64,000 nt of DNA from an uncultured Acidobacteriota bacterium (GTDB lineage Bacteria; Acidobacteriota; UBA6911). Each line of letters opens with the position of its first letter. Positions within the stretch are counted from its first letter, which is position 1. Location: NCBI GenBank assembly GCA_963827655.1, contig CAWHCF010000022.1, positions 160,001 to 224,000 on the forward strand, in the 5' to 3' direction. Below the pieces are notes generated by a model, which did no database searches, was not told where the DNA came from, and was given only the letters and a program-made list of their open reading frames with translations. Made by a program: the position numbers and the translations under genes. This document shows positions 28,764 through 36,930 of this stretch, piece after piece.

Positions 28764-31184
28764 CTATTCGTAGCGCAAGGCGGTCATCGCATCGACGCGG
28801 GCGGCCCTGCGGGCCGGCAGGTAGCACGCAGTCAGAGCGACCAGCAGGAGAACCAAGCCCACCCAGACCATGGTGACTGGATCGGTGGGGCTGGTTTCGA
28901 AAAGCAGACCCTGGACGAGGCGCGTCAGGGCCAGCGCCCCGATGACCCCGACGACCAGGCCGGCGGCGACGGGAACGGTCCCACCGCCCACCACCAGCTT
29001 GATCAGGTCCCAGGAAGAAGCTCCCAACGCGGCGCGAACACCCAGTTCTTGCGTGCGTTGTGCAGTGACGTACGAAAGCACGCCGTAGATTCCCACGGCG
29101 GCCAGCAGGAGCGCCAGTGCCGCGAACACCCCCAGCAGCAGCGTGCGTAACCGCGTCCCGGCTACGGATTCGGCCTTGATCTGTTCCAGCGCCCTGGCGT
29201 CGGGCAGAGCCTGGTTCTTGTTGATACGCCAGATCGACTGTTGAATCGACTTGATGAGCATCGAAGGATCGCCCGCGCCCTTGGCTAGAAGGCTGACGCC
29301 GACTATCGGGCTCTGCGCGTAACTGACGTACACGCCGGCGTCCGTGCTGTCCAGGCCGCTTACCTTCTCGTCTCCGACAATCCCGACCACCTCCCATGGC
29401 ACCTCGGGGCCGAGCTCGCGCTTGCCGGTGATGATCTGCTCGATGACAACCTGCTTGCCGATCGGGTCTTCATCGGGAAAATGCCGCCGGACGAAAGTTT
29501 CGTTGATAACGATCACGGGCAACGATCCTTTGACGTCGCGGTCGGCGAGTCCGCGCCCTCTCCGGATCGGCATCCCCAGCGCGAAGAAATAGCCGGGCGT
29601 GACGATCTTGAAGAAGCAGGCTGGACGCTTGGACTGCTCGTAGGCCCTTCCCGCAATGCGAAAAGGCATGCCAAAGCTCCAGCCTTGCAAGGGGAGGGCG
29701 GAGGTAAAAGCCGCTTCCTTTACGCCTGGAACGGCCCGAACCGTTTCCAAAGCCTGATTCAAGTAGGTCGTCAACCGCGCGCCGTCCGTATCTTTGTCCA
29801 TCATGAGCTGGAAATACATGGTGACGACATTGGTCGAATCGAAGCCCGCGTCAACGTTGGTCAATCGCTGAAAGCTGCGGATCAGCAGTCCCGCACCCGA
29901 CAGCAAAATGAAGGCCAGGGCGACCTCCGACATGATGAGCGCATTGCGCGACCAGCGCTTCCCGCGGCCTACGAATCCACGGCCGCCTTCCTTCAGGGCC
30001 TCGGCCGCATCGCGACGCGACATCTGCAGAGCCGGAGCCAATCCAAACAGCAACCCTGTGACCAGCGCCAGCGCCGCCAGGAAAAGCATGACGCGAAGAT
30101 CTATTCCGACCTTTGCGTAGGTAGGTAGAAAGAAGGGCGGCAAAAGTCTGTGGATACCGTGAAAGAGCCCGTAGCCCAGCGCCAGGCCCACGGCGGCGCC
30201 GAACGCCGACATCAGCAGGCTTTCGGTCAAGAGCAGTCGGACGAGCCGCCGGCGTCCGGCGCCGAGCGCTGCGCGGATGGCCATTTCGCGCGACCGCATC
30301 GTCCCGCGCGCCAGCAGGAGGTTGGCCAGGTTGGCGCAGCCAATCAACAGCACCGCTCCTACCGCCGCCATCAGCACGATGAGCGAAAGCCGCAACTGTG
30401 GTCCGACCATGCGGTCGATCCATCGGTCGATCGTAACTCCCCAATCCTTCTTCATGGCGGGGTACTGTTCGGCGATGCGCGCGGCAATCGCGCTCATCTC
30501 TGCCCGCGCCTGTTCCAGGCTCGTTTCCGGCTTCAGGCGCGCGACGGCGGTCAGGTAGTGGAAATTTCTGGTTGCGGTTTCCGGTTTGAAGGCAAGCGGA
30601 AGCCAGATGTCGGACCATCCACGGTCGAACTCGTTGTCGCCCGGCAGCACACCGATGATGGTGTAACTCTCGCCGTCCAGAGTCAGATCGCGTCCCAGGA
30701 TGCCGGTGTCGCTGCCAAAGCTCGATTGCCAGATCCGGTGGCTCAGCACTGCCACGCGATCTTTGCCCGGCAGATCCTCGCCATTTGCGAAGGCCCGGCC
30801 CAGCGAAGGTCGAACGCCAAAGATGTCGAAGTACGGAGCGCTGACCAGCCCGACCCGGAGCTGGCGCGGCTCCCCGCTGCCCGACAACGTAACAGTCTTC
30901 CCGCTCGAGGCCGCGATCATCTGGAAGACGGTGTTCTGCTTCTGCCAGTCGAGAAAGTTCGCGGCGGAGATCACGTTCCGCGTCCCACCGGGAGGTTTCT
31001 CCCAGAGCTGAACGATCCGCTCGGGCTCGGGATAGGACACCGGCCTCAGCAGCACGCCGTCAAGGAAGCTGAAAATCGCCGTGTTGGCGCCCAGGCCGAG
31101 AGCGATGGTCAACACCGCGACCAGAGTGAAGCCGAGATTTTTGCGGTAACTGCGCAAGGCGAAACGAACGTCGTCCCACAGCAT
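28764..31184 (-). CDS. ADOP-type ABC transporter permease
   Basis: MLWDDVRFALR, ALGLGANTAIFS, CANLANLLLAR, RTQELGVRAALGA, DAMTALRYE. Confidence 0.95.
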   Translation of the reverse strand: MLWDDVRFALRSYRKNLGFTLVAVLTIALGLGANTAIFSFLDGVLLRPVSYPEPERIVQLWEKPPGGTRNVISAANFLDWQKQNTVFQMIAASSGKTVTLSGSGEPRQLRVGLVSAPYFDIFGVRPSLGRAFANGEDLPGKDRVAVLSHRIWQSSFGSDTGILGRDLTLDGESYTIIGVLPGDNEFDRGWSDIWLPLAFKPETATRNFHYLTAVARLKPETSLEQARAEMSAIAARIAEQYPAMKKDWGVTIDRWIDRMVGPQLRLSLIVLMAAVGAVLLIGCANLANLLLARGTMRSREMAIRAALGAGRRRLVRLLLTESLLMSAFGAAVGLALGYGLFHGIHRLLPPFFLPTYAKVGIDLRVMLFLAALALVTGLLFGLAPALQMSRRDAAEALKEGGRGFVGRGKRWSRNALIMSEVALAFILLSGAGLLIRSFQRLTNVDAGFDSTNVVTMYFQLMMDKDTDGARLTTYLNQALETVRAVPGVKEAAFTSALPLQGWSFGMPFRIAGRAYEQSKRPACFFKIVTPGYFFALGMPIRRGRGLADRDVKGSLPVIVINETFVRRHFPDEDPIGKQVVIEQIITGKRELGPEVPWEVVGIVGDEKVSGLDSTDAGVYVSYAQSPIVGVSLLAKGAGDPSMLIKSIQQSIWRINKNQALPDARALEQIKAESVAGTRLRTLLLGVFAALALLLAAVGIYGVLSYVTAQRTQELGVRAALGASSWDLIKLVVGGGTVPVAAGLVVGVIGALALTRLVQGLLFETSPTDPVTMVWVGLVLLLVALTACYLPARRAARVDAMTALRYE

Positions 31185-31191
31185 GCCCTAT

Positions 31192-31219
31192 TAGACTCGG
31201 GCTCGGAGGAAAAGGTTAC
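31192..31219 (-). promoter_or_regulatory. Putative ECF promoter giving a leaderless permease mRNA
   Basis: GTAACC-N16-AGTCTA, then ATAGGGC and the ATG; no Shine-Dalgarno. Confidence 0.55.
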
Positions 31220-31499
31220 CCGTGAATTGTCGAAGCCACTAAGAAAACGCGAAGACTCGGAGAGAACAGTTAGTGCTGCTGTTCGTAATTGCGGTGACGT
31301 ATTTTGGCAGTGGGGCCTGAAGAGCCGACTGAGAGTAGGCCCGGCCGTCTTGAAAATCCCGCCCCTGAGAAGCTGTGAAAAAATTCAGCGAACGGCTCTC
31401 GATTGACCGGCAGCCGTCTGGCTTTTGTGGCGCGGGTCATTAGAGACCGTTGCAAAACTCAGATGCGACCCGCAGAAGTGGCTACACACTTTCTGAGCA

Positions 31500-33457
31500 A
31501 TCGACATAGGTAGGCGGTCACTCGCTGTGCCTGTTACACCACGTGCATACGGGTCCGTACACGGCGGTTCGGCTGGTAGGCCCGGTGAAGAGCTGCTAAC
31601 CTCGGAAGCCCCAGAGAGTCAAAGTGGGCGTTCGGTAGTGCCCGCATCAGAGTGGAAGAGTTGCTCAGCTGCCAAGGCCCGTGGCTGCAATTAGCGAGCT
31701 TGTATGCGGAGACCGCATCTAGTCCCAGCTTCCGCAGTCCCTTGTATCGGCCTTTGCAGGTCTTCCACTGCTTCCACTGCACACACCTCAGCCTACGGCG
31801 AATCCACGAGTCCAGTTCTCGGAAAACCGTGGGTGTTTCGCAAAATCGAAAGTACGCCATCCACCCTCGCATGTAGCTTGCTAGGTCGGATATGCGCCTC
31901 GTCCTGCTGATCCCCCGGCTCCGCTGCGTCAGTTCCCGTATCCGATCCTCGAAGCGTTTGCGCGCCTTCGGCGCTATTCGCCGCCTCGGCGCCTTCTCGC
32001 CTGTGAAACTGAATCCCAGAAACTTTCGCTTCCACGGCGCCGCCACTGCGCTCTTCTCCCCGTTTACCTTCAGCTTCAGCTTCTTCGTGATGAATGCGCT
32101 TAGGCTCTCCATCACTCGCTGCCCTGCTCGTTCGGTCCGCACATAGATGTTGCAGTCGTCCGCGTACCTCACAAAGCGGTGCCCGCGTCGCTCCAGCTCC
32201 CGGTCCAGGTCGTCCAGCATCAAATTTGATAACAGTGGCGAAAGTGGGCCCCCTTGCGGCGTCCCCTCCTCCGTCGGAATCACCACGCCGTCCTCCATTA
32301 CTACTCCCGCCTTCAGAAATCCGCGCAGCAGTTTCAGCACTCGCTTGTCCTTCTCCCGTTTCGCTACTCGCCCCATCAACATGTCCTGGTTGACTCGGTC
32401 GAAAAACTTTTCCAAATCAAGATCCACGACTATCCGATAGCCCGCCGCTATGTGTTCCTGCGCTCGTGCCACCGCCTGATGTTGCGATCGACCCGGTCGA
32501 AATCCATGGCTGTGCTCGGAGAATGTCGGGTCCCACCGCTGTTGCAGTACCTGCAGTACTGCCTGCTGATAAATCGATCCAGCACGCAGGGAATCGATAG
32601 ATTCCTCACCCCTCCGTCCGGTTTCGGTATCTCCACCCGTTTCGCCGGCTTCGGTCTGTAGGTCCCTCCCAGCAGTTCTTCCCGATGTTTCGGCCAGTTC
32701 TTCCTCAGGTACTTGGGTAGTTCCTTGACGGTCATCCCGTCTATCCCAGGTGCCCTTTGTTCCGCTGTACTCGTTTCAACGCCTTCCTCAGGTTCTCTGG
32801 TTCACATATCTCCTCCATCAACCGCTCGACTGTTCCTTCGCTTTCCGGTTCCTGGTCCGCCACGCGCAGTTCGGCCCTTCCGTCGTCCTCGGAGCTTCAC
32901 TCCTCGGTTCTTCCGTAAAGGCCAGCTCTAGCTGGTTCTTCTGCCGCTTCCTACTCGTGAGTCCCATCCCGTACTTGCGTCCCCATTTACCCTCCTGTCC
33001 AGAAGGGCACCGTTCAGGCCTTCACCAAAACGTTCCCGGACCGGCGACCCCTTCTCGTTTCTCCCCTTTCGGGTGAGTATCCCGGTCGAGTGGTCCGACT
33101 GCTCCTGGCTACTATGCCCTCTGCTGACTCCTGCATTGAGCTCAGGGGCTCTCTCGATTCCCTCAGTCCTCTTCCGGACACAATGCAGATCTCCCGAGGT
33201 AAGTATGACCGCCTTCCGCACACAACCGCCGGATCTACGCTGAGTGAACTTGATGGATATGGACTTCGCGGTCAAGGGGCCGCTCGTCCGTCGCCTCGCG
33301 CCTCTTATCCGGTTTTTGTTCATCGGCTCGTGCGTTTGCTCGACGCTTCCTTCAGACCCCACCTCACGGTGGGCGCCCTTGCGCTTTGCTACCCTTCACC
33401 TCCATCAGGTTGGGGAAAGACTTTCACTTCCAAGCTGTCATACAATGCTCGGCGCAC
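31500..33457 (-). mobile_element. Group II intron, class IIC
   Basis: 5' end GTGCGCCGAGCAT at 33457; domain V GAACCGCCGTGTACGGACCCGTATGCACG with CGC triad; 3' end CCTATGTCGAT at 31500; hairpin 8 nt upstream in the 5' exon. Confidence 0.9.
31534..32967 (-). CDS. ltrA: Group II intron reverse transcriptase/maturase, several frameshifts, no endonuclease domain
   Basis: MGLTSRKRQKNQLELAF start; RVEIPKPDGGVRNLSIP, DLDLEKFFDRV, GTPQGGPLSPLLSN, RYADD, FLGFSF, domain X GWMAYF..LDSWIRRRLR. Confidence 0.9.
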
Positions 33458-33461
33458 CCCC

Positions 33462-33488
33462 TGTGGCGACGGGCCATTGGCCCGTCGC
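33462..33488. repeat. REP-like hairpin (intron target)
   Basis: TGTG-GCGACGGGCCA-T-TGGCCCGTCGC; related hairpin GGACGGGCT-tgat-AGCCCGTCC at 33546-33567. Confidence 0.75.
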
Positions 33489-33723
33489 AATTAACGTGAT
33501 CGCTATGCCTTAAGCTTAGAAGTTCAGTAGTGCCCCTCGGGAACCGGACGGGCTTGATAGCCCGTCCGCACATGAACCGGGCGAGTTTTGCGACGGTCTC
33601 TGATGACCCGCGCCACAGACCAATTTTTTCATAGTTTCTGACGGGCCTTCGGCCCTAGGCGACAACACAGCTGACTCCTACCGCTCCTGCCCAATAAGTC
33701 AGCGTATTTATGAGCCAACCAAC

Positions 33724-34554
33724 TTAGTGACCGAGGTGCGTGTGAAGCCAGTCTACCATCTTCTGTTTATAAGCCTGGAATTCAGGGGTCCGCTCCCAGC
33801 TGCCGACTCCATGAGCGCCCCCTTCAACCGTGAAGATCTCGCAGCGCGCGCCGGCTTGCTTCATCTTTTCGCACATCAGTACCGATTGGTCGTATGGAAC
33901 CAGATCATCCTTCGTTCCGTGGATCAGAAGGTATGGAGGCATGTCTTTGAAAACGTGGGTAATCGGCGAGGCCTTCCGCAGCAGCTCAAAAGACTCATCA
34001 TTGAGTTCCGACAAGCCGAGGAATGCCTTGATCGAGTCCGAAAGAATCCGCTGTGAGCGCGCGCGTGATGCCAGATCGTGGGGACCGTAAAAAGAAACGA
34101 CGGCAGCAACGCGCGCATTCGGTTTTTTCCGTGTGCCTGCAAACGACACCAGGTGGCCGCCCGCCGACTCGCCGACAAGCGCTATGCGATTGGGGTCCGC
34201 CTTGTATTGTCTCGCGTGGGTCTTGACATACTCAACCGCACTCTCGACATCTTCCACCGCGGCCGGGAAGCGGTATGCCGGCGCCAGCCGGTAGTTGATC
34301 GTGAACCAGGCGAACCCGCCTCGGGTCAGCGGTTCAAACAGCGGCTTCACGAAAGTCTGTTTATCGCCACGGGTGAAGCCCCCGCCGTGAACCACGATCA
34401 CGGTCGGAAAAGGCCCCGCGCCGTCCGGCACATAGGCGTCAAGCGTGAGCCGGACATCACCCTTGCTGGCGAATTCAATATCGGTGCGGAGTTCAGCAAA
34501 AGCCGGCACTGAAAGGAGCAAAATGGAAACAAGGATCTTCATGGCACTCTCCAT
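33724..34554 (-). CDS. Alpha/beta hydrolase (HSL/BD-FAE-like esterase), secreted
   Basis: HGGGF, NYRLAP, GESAGGHL, HGTKDDLVP, GGAHG. Confidence 0.93.
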   Translation of the reverse strand: MESAMKILVSILLLSVPAFAELRTDIEFASKGDVRLTLDAYVPDGAGPFPTVIVVHGGGFTRGDKQTFVKPLFEPLTRGGFAWFTINYRLAPAYRFPAAVEDVESAVEYVKTHARQYKADPNRIALVGESAGGHLVSFAGTRKKPNARVAAVVSFYGPHDLASRARSQRILSDSIKAFLGLSELNDESFELLRKASPITHVFKDMPPYLLIHGTKDDLVPYDQSVLMCEKMKQAGARCEIFTVEGGAHGVGSWERTPEFQAYKQKMVDWLHTHLGH

Positions 34555-34574
34555 CTCATCCTAAGTGCTATTAG

Positions 34575-34654
34575 TGTTTCTTCGTGTCCTCGTGTCTTTG
34601 TGGTTAGAGCTGCCTAACAAATACCACTAAGCCTCCAAGACACGAAGAAACACC
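34575..34654. repeat. Inverted pair of 9-bp-period (CACGAAGA-type) repeats
   Basis: gtgtttcttcgtgtcctcgtgtctttgtggt ... accactaagcctccaagacacgaagaaacac. Confidence 0.7.
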
Positions 34655-34696
34655 AAGAATCTTTGCTCAAGAAGAAGACAGCCCGACGAGTGACAC

Positions 34697-35113
34697 TTAG
34701 TCTTCAATCCACAAGAGATGACCCGCCAGAGTACTGCGCTTGAGGGAATTAAAGAATCTCCGATCAGCAGTCACCATAGGGCAACGCCGTGAGACCGCCA
34801 AGGCAAGATAGAGACTGTCATACAGACTGCGGCGGTGTTCAACGGAAATATCCAAGGCAATCTCGAGCATCGGCCCGGAGGGATAGAGCTTCACGGGTGA
34901 GACAATGAGATTTCGGATAATCTCTTTAGCCGAGGTCGGTGGAATTTCTGCGCGCATCACTTTCTTCCACAATGCGTTTCCGGCTTCCGTGAGAATCAGG
35001 TCTGGAGCGATCAGTTCGTCATTTCCGTTCAAAAACCGAATGGCCGCTTCGCTGTAGATCTCCGGCACAAACCATTTGACGACAATACTGGCATCGACAA
35101 CGTAACATGTCAT
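34697..35113 (-). CDS. vapC: PIN-domain toxin (VapC/FitB)
   Basis: VVDAS, APDLILTE.GN, SLYDSLYLALA, VTADRRF; ATGA overlap with the antitoxin. Confidence 0.92.
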   Translation of the reverse strand: MTCYVVDASIVVKWFVPEIYSEAAIRFLNGNDELIAPDLILTEAGNALWKKVMRAEIPPTSAKEIIRNLIVSPVKLYPSGPMLEIALDISVEHRRSLYDSLYLALAVSRRCPMVTADRRFFNSLKRSTLAGHLLWIED

Positions 35114-35343
35114 CGCGCCCGATCTTCACGAATTAGAGCGGCGCTATCGCTGTGCCTCCGGCGCGCCAGTTTTCTTTGCACTTTCAGCGCCAGCTTGCGA
35201 AATTCCTCGACACTCGGCGTTTGGACATTTCGTTCCAGGATTGTTTTTACTTCAGCCTGCAGAGATCGTCCATTCTGCTCGGCGCGCTCTTTCAGGCGTT
35301 CAACTAGTTTGCGATCCAGGTCTCTGACTAATATCTCAGGCAT
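35110..35343 (-). CDS. FitA-like ribbon-helix-helix antitoxin
   Basis: ILVRDLD...RLKERAEQNGRSLQAEVKTILE...DSAALIREDR. Confidence 0.9.
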   Translation of the reverse strand: MPEILVRDLDRKLVERLKERAEQNGRSLQAEVKTILERNVQTPSVEEFRKLALKVQRKLARRRHSDSAALIREDRAR

Positions 35344-35362
35344 TAGCGCACTCCGGTAATTC

Positions 35363-35391
35363 TGATAGCATTATGATAGCACGCATGTCAA
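35363..35391 (-). promoter_or_regulatory. TA promoter/operator
   Basis: -35 TTGACA (35391-35386) followed by two TGCTATCA boxes (35374-35381 and 35363-35370). Confidence 0.65.
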
Positions 35392-36872
35392 TTACCCAGC
35401 CAGGCCAGGATCCTGGGCCACTGCTGGTACAGGGCAATGCCGGAGATGCCGCCGTAAAAAATCGAGCACAACACCAGGCCGGCAAGCATCACGCGGGGGG
35501 GCCGCAATTCGCGCGGGAGAAGCGTCAGACTCACATACAGGACGTGCAACGCCGAAAATGACAGGGCAAAATTCACCAGGACCGCGGAGGCGATCGCGAG
35601 CACGAGCGGGTTGGGAGTCAACTTCAGCAAGACCATACCCCAGAGGCCGTAGACGGCCAGCAGCAAGTAGTAAACGTATTTCACCTTGTTTCCCGGGAGA
35701 TGCCGCAGCCCCTGAATCCCGGTCCAGAACACATCGGTCCAGCGCCGGCTGATGCTGTCTAACACGGAAATCTGGCTAGGGAAGAAAATAACAAAGCCGC
35801 AGAGCAGCGTCAGGAACCAGAAAGCGCTTCCATGGCGGACAGACACAGCCTCGGCAGTCATGGCCGCGACGGCATTCCCTTCCACGTCCTGAACCCCGCG
35901 GATGAACTCGTAGGAGAGCATTGCTGGAAGCGCCATGCCAACGACACAAGCCGGAGCCCAGAGAAGAAGCTGATCGCGAAGGATATGCCGCAACCAGCCT
36001 CTCCATTTGATCATATTTTCGCGGGTGATCTCGAAAACCTTGCCTGAGTGCGAAAGCCTGACCGACTTCCCGCCAAGCGCGCTCGGAATCGCGCCCACCA
36101 GGGATCCCATGCCCCAGCCCTTGTCGCGCGCGTAGTTCGAAAATGACGTGTTATGCAAGCCCCCGGCGCCCGCGGTGGCGGCAAAGGCTGCCAGCGTGGC
36201 CCAGCTGAAATCGCCGGGCGGCAGCGCCCCGAATCGATACAGGCCCGAAAGAATCTCCCACTTGGTATCCCAGCTCACCAGGAACACGGAAACAAAGCCG
36301 AGGTAGGTCAAGACCAGCACCAGCTTGGCGCCCATTACCCGTTCAAGGGAGTTGTAGATCTTGCCCCCGAAGATAAGCGGCACGAACGCCGCCAGGAAGA
36401 TCGCATAGCTCAGGTCACGAACCAGAGCGCCATCCTGAGCCGTGGGGAGCCGCCGCAGAATGACGGCCGCCAGGGGGACTGCCGCATTTGCGGCCAGGAA
36501 AGGGAAATAGGTTCCCAGATCGAGGATGAGATAGAAAATGGCCCAGGCTCGCGGCCTGGATGATGTGCGAAAAAATCCCACAAAAATCGACTCGCCGCTG
36601 TACAGCGCATAGCGCATGACCGAGAGGTTGTAGGTCACCTGCAGCAGGATCGCGACCGTTGCCAGCCAGAGAACCTGGCCGCCATACTGGGCCGTAACCA
36701 GCGGACCCAGCAACCACTCCCCGCCGCCGATGTTTGATCCCGCCATGAGCAATCCCGGCCCCAGGAGCAGCCTCCAGTCGGCCGCATGAAAAACAGGGGC
36801 AGCAGGTAGTTCTGACTGCTCCCAGCGCGGAAGGCCGGGAGCGCGCGGGGGCGCATCCACAATGCTGATCAT
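35388..36872 (-). CDS. Nramp-like (APC superfamily) membrane transporter
   Basis: LGPGLLMAGSNIGGGEWLLGP, RYALYSGE, YARDKGWGMG; about 11 TM segments. Confidence 0.75.
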   Translation of the reverse strand: MISIVDAPPRAPGLPRWEQSELPAAPVFHAADWRLLLGPGLLMAGSNIGGGEWLLGPLVTAQYGGQVLWLATVAILLQVTYNLSVMRYALYSGESIFVGFFRTSSRPRAWAIFYLILDLGTYFPFLAANAAVPLAAVILRRLPTAQDGALVRDLSYAIFLAAFVPLIFGGKIYNSLERVMGAKLVLVLTYLGFVSVFLVSWDTKWEILSGLYRFGALPPGDFSWATLAAFAATAGAGGLHNTSFSNYARDKGWGMGSLVGAIPSALGGKSVRLSHSGKVFEITRENMIKWRGWLRHILRDQLLLWAPACVVGMALPAMLSYEFIRGVQDVEGNAVAAMTAEAVSVRHGSAFWFLTLLCGFVIFFPSQISVLDSISRRWTDVFWTGIQGLRHLPGNKVKYVYYLLLAVYGLWGMVLLKLTPNPLVLAIASAVLVNFALSFSALHVLYVSLTLLPRELRPPRVMLAGLVLCSIFYGGISGIALYQQWPRILAWLGN

Positions 36873-36930
36873 GATCAAACACCAAGACGCGAAGAAACGC
36901 CGAGAATTTTTCCGGAGAAGGACGCCAAGA

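Larger units (their letters stand above)
31361..33646. mobile_element. Nested inverted-repeat (MITE/REP-like) element interrupted by the intron
   Basis: Outer IR 31361-31385/33622-33646 (21/25 match); inner IR 31426-31460/33583-33617 (33/35 match); about 330 bp without the intron. Confidence 0.7.

Noticed and set aside
31534-32967. Retron, DGR or defence-type reverse transcriptase
   Set aside because: Clear group II intron ends, domain V and maturase domain X; no template/variable repeat pair or msr-msd seen
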